DNA of 64,000 bases from Candidatus Methylomirabilia bacterium. GTDB lineage: Bacteria; Methylomirabilota; Methylomirabilia; Rokubacteriales; CSP1-6. Positions 9,574 to 18,695 of the stretch are shown here, one piece after another (the first letter of the stretch is position 1; each line of letters starts with the position of its first letter). The notes under the pieces are model-generated. The model saw only the letters and a program-made list of their open reading frames with translations, did no database searches and was not told the origin of the DNA. The stretch lies in the NCBI GenBank assembly GCA_041496385.1, contig JBGQEL010000014.1, forward strand, positions 1 through 64,000. Reading direction: 5' to 3'. The position numbers and the translations under genes are program-made.

Positions 9574-10983
9574 CTAGAAGCGGAGACGGACGCGGTAGGT
9601 GAGCTTCGCCACCCCCTCCTTCGGCACCGGCACCTGGAAGCGGAGCGTGTGGGCCTCGAGCTTCTCGCCCGCGAAGGTGGCGCTGAGCAGGGTCCAGTCG
9701 CCGGGGACCGGCTCCATCACCCAGATCGTCTGGTCTTCCTTCTTGTGGTTGCGGAGGGAGATCTCCCACTCGACCTCGTAGAGGTTGGACGCGAGCTTCT
9801 TCCAGTCGCGCTGGGTGCGCTCGCCGACCACGTCGAAGGCCTCGCCCATCTTGATCCGCACGCGCTCGTCCTTGGGCGTGTGGTCGATCCAGTCCTCGCC
9901 GATGAACTGCTGACTGCCCGAGGCGTCGGCCTTGTAGACGCGGACCTTGCCCTTGGGCAGCGGCAGGCCGAGCCGGTTGTCCTTGCTGTTCTTGATGTCG
10001 AGGTAGACGCCGACCTTCTGGTTCGAGACCGGCATGCCGTACGCGGTGCGGTAGTAGTCCTGCGCGCCCCAGTAGATGAGGCGCTTCTGGACCGGGACGT
10101 CGTCCGCCGCGAGCAGCGCGAGCTGCTTGGTCTGGTTGTCCTTGATCGTCGTGCGGCCGTCGAGCGTGTAGAGGTGGTACTCGAAGAAGCCCTCTTCCTT
10201 GAAGTCGCGGCTCGCGTCGGCCATGGACGCGGCCTTGGCCGCCATCTCGAGCACGCGCCCCTCGCGCCGCGGGTCGCGCGCGCGGTTGACGTCGCCCGCC
10301 ACGAGCTTGAGCGCCGCGTTCGCGTAGGTCGCGCCGCTCTTGTTGTCGATCGTGACCCAGCCCGTGAGGTCGCTCGCCGTGTCGGCGGCGTTCAGCACGA
10401 GGACGTAGTCGGCCTTCCAGCCGATGCCGCCCGTCAAGTACGAGGCCTCGATGCGCTGCGCCCGGGCCACCCGGTTGCGCAGGAGCCAGACGAGCGTCGG
10501 CCGGGCGACGAGGTTCTCGGGGAGCGAGGGGAGCACGAGGCGGCCGTACTGACCCATGTGGATCTGGCCGTTGATCTCGAAGATCGGGCCGTTGGTGGAG
10601 AGCAGCGTGGCCTCGTGCCAGGTGCCGTCGCCCTGGTAGAGGCGGACCTTCTTGCCCACGTACTTCTCCATGAGCTTCTGGCTCGTGAGCAGGTCGTACT
10701 CGTAGTTCTGCTCGAGGATCCTGAGGCCCGCCGGATCCGTGAGCGATTTCAGGTGGACCGTCGTCGGGTCGATCAGCGCCGCCACGTCGGCGAACTGCAC
10801 CTCGCTGGCGCCCTCGGGGAAGCGCGCGTCACGCACGTCCTTCACGAGGCCCAGGCCGCCGTTGTAGATCGTGACCATCATGTCGCGCTGCTCCTCGCGC
10901 GTCACGCTGAGCGGCGCCGGGGCGGCGCCGGCCATCGCGGCGAAGACGAGCACCAGGGCGAGAGCGATCCATCGCGTGAACAT
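9574..10983 (-). CDS. DUF4139-domain secreted protein
   Basis: Signal peptide, VTIYN.GLGLVKD, SYLTGGIGWKADY, FEYHLYTL, LPLPKGKVRVY, GED.IDHTP; GGAGG RBS before ATG 10983. Confidence 0.85.
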   Translation of the reverse strand: MFTRWIALALVLVFAAMAGAAPAPLSVTREEQRDMMVTIYNGGLGLVKDVRDARFPEGASEVQFADVAALIDPTTVHLKSLTDPAGLRILEQNYEYDLLTSQKLMEKYVGKKVRLYQGDGTWHEATLLSTNGPIFEINGQIHMGQYGRLVLPSLPENLVARPTLVWLLRNRVARAQRIEASYLTGGIGWKADYVLVLNAADTASDLTGWVTIDNKSGATYANAALKLVAGDVNRARDPRREGRVLEMAAKAASMADASRDFKEEGFFEYHLYTLDGRTTIKDNQTKQLALLAADDVPVQKRLIYWGAQDYYRTAYGMPVSNQKVGVYLDIKNSKDNRLGLPLPKGKVRVYKADASGSQQFIGEDWIDHTPKDERVRIKMGEAFDVVGERTQRDWKKLASNLYEVEWEISLRNHKKEDQTIWVMEPVPGDWTLLSATFAGEKLEAHTLRFQVPVPKEGVAKLTYRVRLRF

Positions 10984-11023
10984 CGTCGTTCCTCCCATCG
11001 AACCGGTATCGGCTGCTTGTCCG

Positions 11024-11052
11024 GTTAGACAGGGGCCGGCGGGAGAAGTTCC
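11024..11052 (-). promoter_or_regulatory. ECF-type promoter for the DUF4139 gene
   Basis: GGAAC(11052-11048)-N17-GTCTAAC(11030-11024); identical boxes and spacing upstream of the sigma gene. Confidence 0.75.
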
Positions 11053-11053
11053 C

Positions 11054-12124
11054 TCAGCCGGCGACGAGACGGAGGGCGACCCGGATCTCGACGGGAAGCT
11101 CGGCCGGCTCGCGCTCCGGGCGCCAGGTCCCGAGCCGGACGAGTCCGCGGAGGAAGTCGGCCCAGGCGACGCGCGGGATCAGAAGCTCGAAGGTGGTGCC
11201 GTCGGGCGCCTCGAGCCGCCTGACTTCGGCGCCGCCGACCCTGGCCACCAGCGCGGCGAGCGCGGGCTCGGCCGCGGTGCGGTCGGCGACCACGAGCCGT
11301 CCGGCGACGTGCGCCGGCACCGGCTCCAGCGCGAGCGACTGGCGCGCGACATCGCCGCTCGCCTTTTCCTTCGCGATCGACTGGACACGCCCGGGCGCGG
11401 GCGCCGCGGCCTTGGACTCCGCGGGCCCCTGCTCGGCGGGCGCGGCCTTGACGTCGCGCCGGCGCGCGAGGTCGCGCTCCTTCGCGTCCCCCAGCGTTCC
11501 CGTGCGGTACTCGGCATCGGGCTTGGCCGGCTTCTCCTCGCGCCGCTCTGCGGGCGGCGCGGGAGCCGCCGCCGGCGCGGGCCGCTCGGACTTCGCCGCC
11601 TGCGCTGCAACCGAAGCTGGGGGTGCCGCCACCTGGGCGGAGGCGGTGGGCGTCGCCGCGGGGGCTCGGAGCGCGGGGGTCGGCGTGGGGCCGACGGGCG
11701 CAGCAGACGGCGCGGCATCGAGACCGCGCGCCGGTGCGTCCATGAACGCGCGGGGCGACTCGATGCGCGCGGCCTTCTCCAGCTCGGGCGTCGCCCTGAA
11801 GACGAGCGTCACGACGACGCCGACCAGCACGATCGCGGCGGCCTCCAGCGGGAGCTTCACGGGCCAGGGGAGGAAGAGCGCGCGGGCGAGGCGCCGGTGC
11901 CACGGCGTGGGGCGCGCGGCCGCGACGACGCGATCGACGAACCCCGCGGGCGCGCGCGCGGGCTCGACGGCGCGCAGCAGCGACACGGTCGCCCGGAAGC
12001 GCGCCAGCTCGTGCCGGCAGTCCGCGCAGCCCGCCAGGTGTGCGTCGAGCTCGGCGCGCTCGGGCGCGGTCAGCGCGTCATCGGCGAGCGCCGAGAAGAG
12101 GTCGCGCGCGTCGTGGCAGGTCAT
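11054..12124 (-). CDS. Zinc-finger (zf-HC2/ZAS) transmembrane anti-sigma factor
   Basis: HLAGCADC (HxxxCxxC), one TM helix, Pro/Ala-rich extracytoplasmic region; ATGA-coupled to sigma gene. Confidence 0.85.
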   Translation of the reverse strand: MTCHDARDLFSALADDALTAPERAELDAHLAGCADCRHELARFRATVSLLRAVEPARAPAGFVDRVVAAARPTPWHRRLARALFLPWPVKLPLEAAAIVLVGVVVTLVFRATPELEKAARIESPRAFMDAPARGLDAAPSAAPVGPTPTPALRAPAATPTASAQVAAPPASVAAQAAKSERPAPAAAPAPPAERREEKPAKPDAEYRTGTLGDAKERDLARRRDVKAAPAEQGPAESKAAAPAPGRVQSIAKEKASGDVARQSLALEPVPAHVAGRLVVADRTAAEPALAALVARVGGAEVRRLEAPDGTTFELLIPRVAWADFLRGLVRLGTWRPEREPAELPVEIRVALRLVAG

Positions 12125-12678
12125 GGCAGAAAGCGCTCCAGCTTCTCCTTCAGGTCCATGCGCGCGCGATGCAAGCGCGAGCGCACCGTGTTGAGTGGCA
12201 GCTCGAGCGCCGCCGCGATCTCCTCGTACGCCAGCCCCTCCATGTCGCGCAGCACCACGACGATCCGCCGCTCGTCCGGCAGCTCGTCGATCGCGCGCCG
12301 GAGCGCGGCCTCCAGCTCGCCGCGCTCCGCGTGCGCCGCCGGATCGGCGGTGTCCGCCGCCAGGCGCTCCAGCGACTCCTCGCCCTCGCGCGTCAGGCGC
12401 CGCTCGCCCGAGGCCAGTCGGTTCAGGCAGAGCCGCGAGGCGATCGCGTAGAGCCAGGTCGAGAGCTTCGCCTCACCCCGGAAGTCGCCGATTGCGCGGT
12501 GGACCCGGAGGAACACTTCCTGCGCGACCTCCTCCGCGTCGGCGCGGTTGCGCAGCATCCGGAGCGCGACCCCGAAGACACGGTGCTGGTGGGCGATCAC
12601 CAAGTCCTCGAAGGCCCGGGAGTCGCCCCGCCGGAGCCGGTCCGCGAGAGGGGAGTCATCGCCGGCGCGCCCTTCCAT
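12121..12678 (-). CDS. ECF RNA polymerase sigma-70 factor
   Basis: DAEEVAQEVFL, STWLYAIA region 2; YEEIAAALELPLNTVRSRLHRAR region 4. Confidence 0.93.
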   Translation of the reverse strand: MEGRAGDDSPLADRLRRGDSRAFEDLVIAHQHRVFGVALRMLRNRADAEEVAQEVFLRVHRAIGDFRGEAKLSTWLYAIASRLCLNRLASGERRLTREGEESLERLAADTADPAAHAERGELEAALRRAIDELPDERRIVVVLRDMEGLAYEEIAAALELPLNTVRSRLHRARMDLKEKLERFLP

Positions 12679-12681
12679 CCA

Positions 12682-12710
12682 GTTAGACCATACCGCCCGC
12701 CGGAGGTTCC
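12682..12710 (-). promoter_or_regulatory. Autoregulatory ECF promoter (probably leaderless transcript)
   Basis: GGAAC(12710-12706)-N17-GTCTAAC(12688-12682), 3 nt before ATG 12678. Confidence 0.75.
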
Positions 12711-12765
12711 CCGGAGATCAATTCGCCCGCGGCCGACGTGGCGGCCCTCGCGGATCGCTGACGCC

Positions 12766-12795
12766 TTGCCGCGGTCGGCGGCCGGGACCTATGAT
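12766..12795 (+). promoter_or_regulatory. Sigma70-type promoter at the head of the co-oriented gene array
   Basis: TTGCCG-N18-TATGAT followed by AGGAGGAGGT RBS at ~12830. Confidence 0.5.
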
Positions 12796-12839
12796 GCACG
12801 CCGTGGGCTGCAAATGTCCCAAGCGGGGTAGGAGGAGGT

Positions 12840-13133
12840 ATGAACTTCTACAGACATCAACGGTTGTCTGACATTGCCCTGGTGATCGGCGCGCCATTGT
12901 TGTTAGCTGCCGTTGAACCTCGATGTGCGGACCTGGCTCGTGGTTCATTATGTAAAATCCTGCTATTCCCGCTGTCGGCGGTGGCGATGGCGGCAGGGCG
13001 TACCGCCGTCTTCCCAGTGATGACGCACAGCGCGCGAGGTATGAAATGCTTCGCCTCCACCGCTGTTGACGACCGCTGGCTTTCAGGAGCTTCGGGGCGA
13101 AGATCCATAGGCTCATTCAGTCAGAAGGAGTGA
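12840..13133 (+). CDS. Doubtful small ORF / mosaic remnant
   Basis: Strong RBS and ATG, but atypical low-GC codon usage and no recognisable family. Confidence 0.3.
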   Translation: MNFYRHQRLSDIALVIGAPLLLAAVEPRCADLARGSLCKILLFPLSAVAMAAGRTAVFPVMTHSARGMKCFASTAVDDRWLSGASGRRSIGSFSQKE

Positions 13134-13139
13134 CGCACA

Positions 13140-13949
13140 GTGGGCGCCAGGCAAGACTACGTACACGGATATTCAGGCCGCGAGCGGGAACGTCTCGCCG
13201 ATCAAGCCGATACGCTAGCCGAGCTCCTGCACTCTGATACGTTCTATCCATCAGGAAGTGTGGTTCTTGAAGTCGGGTGCGGGGTCGGTGCTCAAACCGT
13301 CACGCTGGCAAGGCGGAGCCCCGAGGCGACGATCGTCGCGATGGATATATCCGAGGAATCCCTGGCTGCTGCCCAGCAGCGCATTCGATCCGCCGGATTC
13401 AGGAACGTGATGTTCCAGCAGGCCGACGTATACTCCATGACGTTCGCGCCAGTCGCTTTTGATCACGTGTTCGCCTGCTTTGTCCTGGAACATCTATCAC
13501 GGCCTCGCGAAGCCCTGGCAAATCTCAGCCGGGTCCTCAAGCCAGGCGGCACCATCACCGCGATCGAGGGTGATCATGGCTCGGCGTATTTCCACCCGGA
13601 GAGCCCGTATGCCCGGCAAGCCATCCGGTGTCTCATCGAGCTGCAGGCTCGCGCTGGTGGCGACTCGCTGATCGGGCGCACGTTGTATCCGCTCCTTCTC
13701 GAGTCGGGTTTCCAACACGTCACGGTATCGCCACGAGTGGTCTACGTTGACTCGAGCCGCCCGCAACTTGTCGAGGGGTTCACCAGGAACACGTTCACCG
13801 CAATGGTCGAAGGTGTTCGCGCGCACGCGCTCGCTGCTGGACTCATCGACGAAGAGACCTGGGAGAAGGGAATACGGGACCTCTACCGGACAGCGGAAGC
13901 GGGCGGGACCTTTTCCTATACCTTCTTCAAGGCCGTGGCGAGAAGGTGA
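13140..13949 (+). CDS. Class I SAM-dependent methyltransferase
   Basis: VLEVGCGVG, FDHVFACFVLEHL, LKPGG; AAGGAG RBS. Confidence 0.9.
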   Translation: MGARQDYVHGYSGRERERLADQADTLAELLHSDTFYPSGSVVLEVGCGVGAQTVTLARRSPEATIVAMDISEESLAAAQQRIRSAGFRNVMFQQADVYSMTFAPVAFDHVFACFVLEHLSRPREALANLSRVLKPGGTITAIEGDHGSAYFHPESPYARQAIRCLIELQARAGGDSLIGRTLYPLLLESGFQHVTVSPRVVYVDSSRPQLVEGFTRNTFTAMVEGVRAHALAAGLIDEETWEKGIRDLYRTAEAGGTFSYTFFKAVARR

Positions 13950-14470
13950 GGGTCCTTGTCGTGTTCTTGGGCTTTTGGGCGGTGTGCTGCACGTCGGCGC
14001 TTGCCGATGAGAACACCGACAAGAAAATCACCGAGTCTGCGTTGCGCGAATCCCGGGACATCATTTCACGTGACCTGTTCGGTCACTATGACCTCACCAA
14101 GCTAGCGGTTTTGAAAAGCGAGGACCTTCGGAGCCGTGTGTCCTTGGGGCACGACTATGGGCTGATGAAAGTCACGTTGGAGTTCTCGGCGAAGAGAAAC
14201 ACAACGAAGCATCCCACCCTGAACCCCGACATGTTCGAGCCCGGTAGCGCGATGTGTCGGGCCTGGCTCTATCTACATTGTGGCGTCCCGGTTGGGCATG
14301 TGTTTGATGGAAAGCTAGAGCTACTGCTGGCGGTCGATAGAGACGGATCGTGGAGAGCCGTGTCACCCCATTGGCGCTCACGAATAGAGTATCCGCTCCA
14401 TGGCTACCTGCTCTTGGAAGGGCGAGAAAGGGAAGGGTACGTGCTATTTCCCAGGCAACGGGGGCGCTAA
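13946..14470 (+). CDS. Secreted hypothetical protein (lower GC)
   Basis: GTGA overlap, signal peptide ALA|D. Confidence 0.6.
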   Translation: MRVLVVFLGFWAVCCTSALADENTDKKITESALRESRDIISRDLFGHYDLTKLAVLKSEDLRSRVSLGHDYGLMKVTLEFSAKRNTTKHPTLNPDMFEPGSAMCRAWLYLHCGVPVGHVFDGKLELLLAVDRDGSWRAVSPHWRSRIEYPLHGYLLLEGREREGYVLFPRQRGR

Positions 14471-14495
14471 ACGGGTGGGCATCGACGGAGCCCGA

Positions 14496-14996
14496 ATGAA
14501 GGCAGGGCGAGCCAGTCGTACGGCGGAATACATGGCGCTCTTCCGCGCCTTGGAGGCCACGCGTTCGGCCGGCCGGCGCGTCTTCGAAGACCGATTCGCA
14601 GCCGCCTTTCTCTCTCCGCAACTTCGCCTCGTCGTCGGTCTGTCCAGGGTGCCCGGGGTCGGCGCCCTCGTACGGGCGTACATTGATCGCCGGTGGCCGG
14701 GCGCGCGGACCTCAGCCGTCGCCCGAACCCGCTTCATCGACGACGCAGCCAAAGAGGCCCTCGGGTCGGGGATCGAGCAGGTGATCATTCTCGGAGCCGG
14801 GTTCGACGCGCGCGCCTACAGGATCGCCGCCATGGCCCGAGGGGCTGTCGTCAGCTTCCTCGCGCAGCGCGGCCTGGTCCTCAGCTGGGACGTCGGCGCT
14901 TCGGACTACCGCGCGCTCTACTTCGGCCGGGCGGCGATGCGCATGCGCGGCTATGAGTTCTATCGGATCGCGGTCGCACGCGTTCCCGACAAGTGA
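14496..14996 (+). pseudogene. LCM-family SAM methyltransferase with internal deletion
   Basis: SRTAEYMALFRA, ARTRFIDD, QVIILGAGFDARAYR present, then jumps directly to the C-terminus; the expected FEVD core is absent; only 166 aa. Confidence 0.7.
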
Positions 14997-15003
14997 GACG
15001 GCA

Positions 15004-15207
15004 TTGAGCACGTCATCAATCCTCTGGGGCGTTCTTTTCGGCTCGGTCGGGCTCGGCTTCTTCATGTATGGCAAGAAGCAGAGAGCCGTCGTCCCGTTGG
15101 TCTGTGGCGTGGTGCTCATGGTGTTACCGTATGTCGTCTCCAACACCATCGTTCTCGTCGCGATCGGAGTAGCGCTCATGGCCCTTCCCTACTTCGTCAG
15201 GATCTGA
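15004..15207 (+). CDS. Small membrane protein
   Basis: TTG start; LWGVLFGSVGLGFFMYGKKQ, three hydrophobic segments. Confidence 0.7.
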   Translation: MSTSSILWGVLFGSVGLGFFMYGKKQRAVVPLVCGVVLMVLPYVVSNTIVLVAIGVALMALPYFVRI

Positions 15208-15242
15208 TCGATCGGTGGCCGATTCGTGAAAGGCGGACCGAC

Positions 15243-16316
15243 ATGAAGCTCGTCAAGCTTCTTACCTGGACACTGTGGAGTCTGGCGTTCACCCTGACGG
15301 CCCTTCCGGGCCTGGCCGCCGACTACCCCGCGCCGAAGGAAGGCAGCTGGGTGGTACGCGACTTCCGTTTTCACACCGGCGAGGCTCTGCCCGAGTTGCG
15401 CCTCCACTACACGACCGTGGGCGCGCCCACCGGCGAGCCGGTGCTCATCCTGCACGGCACGACGGGATCGGGCGCCGGCATGCTCACGCCCGCGTTCGCC
15501 GGCGAGCTCTTCGGCCCCGGGCAGGCGCTGGACGCCGGCCGTTACTTCATCATCCTGCCGGACGCCATCGGCACCGGCAAATCCTCCAAACCTTCGGACG
15601 GCCTGCGCGCGGGCTTTCCGAAGTACAACTACGACGACATGGTCGACGCTCAATACCGGCTGGTCAGTGAACACCTGGGCGTGCGCCGCCTGCGGCTCGT
15701 TCTGGGGAATTCGATGGGCGGCATGCACACCTGGATCTGGGCCCAGAAATACCCGGGCTTCATGGACGTTGCGGTACCGATGGCGTCGTTGCCGAGCGAG
15801 ATGTCCGGCCGCAATTGGATGATGCGCCGCCTGATCATCGATTCCATCCGCAACGATCCCGAGTGGATGAACGGCAACTACACCAAGCAGCCACGGAGCC
15901 TGCAGTTCGCCTCGGTGTTCTACGGCCTCGCCACAAATGGTGGGAATCAGGGACTCTACAAGGCGACCCCGACGCGCGAGAAGGCCGACCAGCTGCTCAA
16001 CCAGCGCCTGAGCGCGCCGTTCCGCGGTGATGCCAACGACCACCTGTACCAGTGGGACGCGTCGCGCGACTACAACGCCTCGTTGGGCCTGGAGCGGATC
16101 CAGGCGGCACTGCTGGCGATCAACTCGGCGGACGACGAGCGCAACCCGCCGGAACTCGGGCTGCTGGACCGCGAGATAAAGCGCGTGAAAAACGGGCGCG
16201 TGCTGCTGATACCCGGTAGCGACCAGACCGCCGGCCACGGCACCGCCGCCCAGGCGAGATTCTGGAAGCAGGAGCTGGCGGAGCTGCTGCAGACCGCGCC
16301 GCGCAGGGCGAAGTAG
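15243..16316 (+). CDS. Secreted alpha/beta hydrolase, homoserine O-acetyltransferase-like
   Basis: Signal peptide, LHGTTGSG, nucleophile GNSMGG, INSADDERNP, GHGT. Confidence 0.88.
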   Translation: MKLVKLLTWTLWSLAFTLTALPGLAADYPAPKEGSWVVRDFRFHTGEALPELRLHYTTVGAPTGEPVLILHGTTGSGAGMLTPAFAGELFGPGQALDAGRYFIILPDAIGTGKSSKPSDGLRAGFPKYNYDDMVDAQYRLVSEHLGVRRLRLVLGNSMGGMHTWIWAQKYPGFMDVAVPMASLPSEMSGRNWMMRRLIIDSIRNDPEWMNGNYTKQPRSLQFASVFYGLATNGGNQGLYKATPTREKADQLLNQRLSAPFRGDANDHLYQWDASRDYNASLGLERIQAALLAINSADDERNPPELGLLDREIKRVKNGRVLLIPGSDQTAGHGTAAQARFWKQELAELLQTAPRRAK

Positions 16317-16339
16317 TCATCACGAGAACGGGGGCGCTG

Positions 16340-16633
16340 GTCGACGCGGCTGAAATCAGAGTCATGATCTCGGGCGGCTTCTCGGCGGCGTACCAGGAGC
16401 TCGTTGCGGAGTTCGAGCGCATGACCAAGAACAAGGTCGTGACGTCCCGGGGAGCGTCGATGGGGAACGCGCCGAGCTCGATTCCGAATCGGATTCAGCG
16501 CGGTGAGCCCGTGGACGTTCTGATCATGGTTGGCGAGGCGCTCGATGAGCTCATCAAGCGCGACAAGGTCATAGCGCGCACGCGTGTCGACCTGGCGCGG
16601 TCCACCATGGGCATGGCCGTCCGGGCGGGCGCT
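16340..16633 (+). pseudogene. Fragment of ModA-like (SBP_bac_11) substrate-binding protein
   Basis: AAEIRVMISGGFSAAY...RGEPVDVLIM...DLARSTMGMAVRAGA; no signal peptide/start, broken at the IS remnant. Confidence 0.7.
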
Positions 16634-16968
16634 GGCGCGGCCGCTGGATCTCCACCATCAGCGCCGCCGAGATCGCGCGTGGCGATCGCTGGGGTCGGCA
16701 GGACCGATCCTCCAGCGCCCAGCGCCCCTCGGTCGCTCGGGCCACCCACTTCCGCACGGTGCGATCACACACGCCGAACGCGCGACGGCCGCGGGCGCCC
16801 CGCCGGCGGCGACCCGCTGTGCAATCAAAGCTCGACTGTGCGGCGGCGTCCGGGCATTCTTGTGCACGTCCATCCGGGGCACCTCCCTCGCATGGTTGGT
16901 CGTTTGGCGACAACCACCATCGCAGAGAAGGGGCCTCGGATGGACATTCTCTTGAGACTTCACAACTA
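16628..16968 (-). mobile_element. IS481-family remnant (left end + frameshifted transposase N-terminus)
   Basis: MDVHKNARTPP..RALIAQRV (ATG 16873), then in a second frame AFGVCDRTVRKWVAR...LEDRSCRPQRSP; terminal-repeat-like ggacattctcttgagacttcacaacta at ~16942-16968; no catalytic core. Confidence 0.8.
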
Positions 16969-16979
16969 ACCGCAACCGG

Positions 16980-17024
16980 ATCCCGCAGCCGGTGCTGTCG
17001 CGGGCGGATGAGGTCATACGGTAA
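16980..17024 (+). pseudogene. C-terminal tail of an ABC_sub_bind-family substrate-binding gene
   Basis: Encodes IPQPVLSRADEVIR*, matching the family C-terminus and the paralog end IPPSLMARTDHVVD* at ~23950-23998. Confidence 0.6.
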
Positions 17025-17040
17025 CGAAGGCAAGAAGGGC

Positions 17041-18180
17041 ATGAGGATCGGCATCGCTGGCGGCGGACCCGCCGGGCTGTATTTCGCCCTGCTGATGAAA
17101 CGCTTCGACCCCTCGTATGACGTCCGGGTCGTGGAGCAGAACCCGGTAGGGGCCACGTTCGGTTTCGGGGTGGTGTTCTCCGACCGCGCACTGTCGTTCC
17201 TGCAGGACGCAGACCCCGACTCTTACGCCGACCTGGACCGGCGCTTGCGAACCTGGGACGACCAGGTGATCGTTCACCGCGACGAGCGGGTGCGAATCGA
17301 CGGCATCGGCTTCTCGGGGATCGCCCGCCTCGACCTGCTGCAGGTGCTCCAGGACCACTGCCGCCGCAGAGGCGTGGCGCTGGAGTTCGAGCGCCGGCTC
17401 CCTGACCTGTCGGCGTTCGCGGACTGCGACCTGGTCGTGGGGGCGGACGGCGTCGGCAGCGTCGTGCGCGAGGCCAGCCGCGAGCTGCTCGACCCGTCGA
17501 TCGGCTCCCTGTCGAACCGTTACGTGTGGTACGGAACGACGCAGCTCTTCGACGCGCTGACGCTCACGTTCCGCGAGAACGGCGACGGCGTGTTTGTCGC
17601 CCACCACTATCCCTACGCGCCGCATCGCAGCACGTTCATCGTCGAGTGCGATGCCGCGACGTGGGAACGTGCCGGATTGGTGTCCATGTCCGAGGACGAG
17701 AGTCGTCGCTACTGCGAGGCGGTGTTCGCCCCAGATCTGGCTGGACAACCGCTCCTCACCAACCGCTCGCTGTGGATCACCTTCAAGGTGGTGACGAATC
17801 GCCGCTGGAGCCAAGGGAACGTGGTCCTGATCGGCGACGCGCTGCGGACCGTTCACTTCTCGATCGGCTCCGGCACGCGCACCGCGCTCGAGGACGCCAT
17901 CGCGCTGTTCCGGGCGTTCGAGACGCACGGCACCGACGTGCCGGCCGCGCTGCGGGCGTTCGAGGAGGCGCGGCGGCCGGGGGTGGAGAAGTTCCTGAAG
18001 GTGGCGGAGCGGAGCTACGCCTGGTACGAACGCTTCCGCGAGAAGATGCAGCTCGACCCGCTGCCGTTCGCCTACGACTACGTGATGCGCGGTGGCCGCA
18101 TCAGCCACGAACGCCTGAAGGAGCGCTCGCCCCGGTTCGTCGCCGCCTACGAGGCCCGCAAGGGATGCTATACGAAGTAG
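17041..18180 (+). CDS. FAD-dependent monooxygenase (salicylyl-CoA hydroxylase N-domain-like)
   Basis: IAGGGPAGLYFA, TFGFGVVFS, GADG, GDALRTVHFSIGSGT. Confidence 0.88.
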   Translation: MRIGIAGGGPAGLYFALLMKRFDPSYDVRVVEQNPVGATFGFGVVFSDRALSFLQDADPDSYADLDRRLRTWDDQVIVHRDERVRIDGIGFSGIARLDLLQVLQDHCRRRGVALEFERRLPDLSAFADCDLVVGADGVGSVVREASRELLDPSIGSLSNRYVWYGTTQLFDALTLTFRENGDGVFVAHHYPYAPHRSTFIVECDAATWERAGLVSMSEDESRRYCEAVFAPDLAGQPLLTNRSLWITFKVVTNRRWSQGNVVLIGDALRTVHFSIGSGTRTALEDAIALFRAFETHGTDVPAALRAFEEARRPGVEKFLKVAERSYAWYERFREKMQLDPLPFAYDYVMRGGRISHERLKERSPRFVAAYEARKGCYTK

Positions 18181-18194
18181 TGAAGGAGGGTTCC

Positions 18195-18590
18195 ATGTCT
18201 CACACGATTCAACTAGCTGCCTCGTTGCCGGCTCCTCCCGATCGACTGTTCGACATGTATCTCGATCCCGTCGAACACGCCGCGTTCACGGGGTTTCCGG
18301 TCACGATCGCGGCTCACCCTGGTGCCGTCTTCCGCGCCTTCAACAACGTCATTACGGGCACGATCCTCCAGGTCGTTCCCAAGCGTCTCATCGTTCAGTC
18401 GTGGCGTTCTCCCCATTGGGGTCCCACGGATCTCGACTCGACCTTGATCCTCACGTTCTTGCCCGAGAAGGATGGTGGCCGAATCGAAGTAGCTCACGTC
18501 AACGTGGTCGACCAGGACTTCGCAGGGGTCAGCCACGGCTGGGAGGAGTTTTACTGGTCGCCGTGGCGTGCGTACCTCACCCGGCAATGA
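18195..18590 (+). CDS. SRPBCC/AHSA1-domain protein
   Basis: HAAFTG, LIVQSWR, GWEEFYWSPW; AAGGAGG RBS. Confidence 0.85.
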   Translation: MSHTIQLAASLPAPPDRLFDMYLDPVEHAAFTGFPVTIAAHPGAVFRAFNNVITGTILQVVPKRLIVQSWRSPHWGPTDLDSTLILTFLPEKDGGRIEVAHVNVVDQDFAGVSHGWEEFYWSPWRAYLTRQ

Positions 18591-18695
18591 CGTCACGGCC
18601 CGGCCCTTCACGATGTGTGGCAGTCAACTCTGCCCGGCCCGCGTCGCAGCGGACCGGGAACGCAGCATTGAGCGCCATCTGAAACGGATCGCACG

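Noticed and set aside
16364..17040. Tracked ORFs 16364-16969 and the N-terminal extension of 16759-18180 as real proteins
   Set aside because: They read through pseudogene/IS junctions; the monooxygenase starts at 17041
18591..18695. Longest spacer in the array contains gcgtcgcagcggaccggg and a gcccggccc direct repeat, faintly attC-like
   Set aside because: No RYYYAAC/GTTRRRY ends or full bottom-strand hairpin could be built by eye
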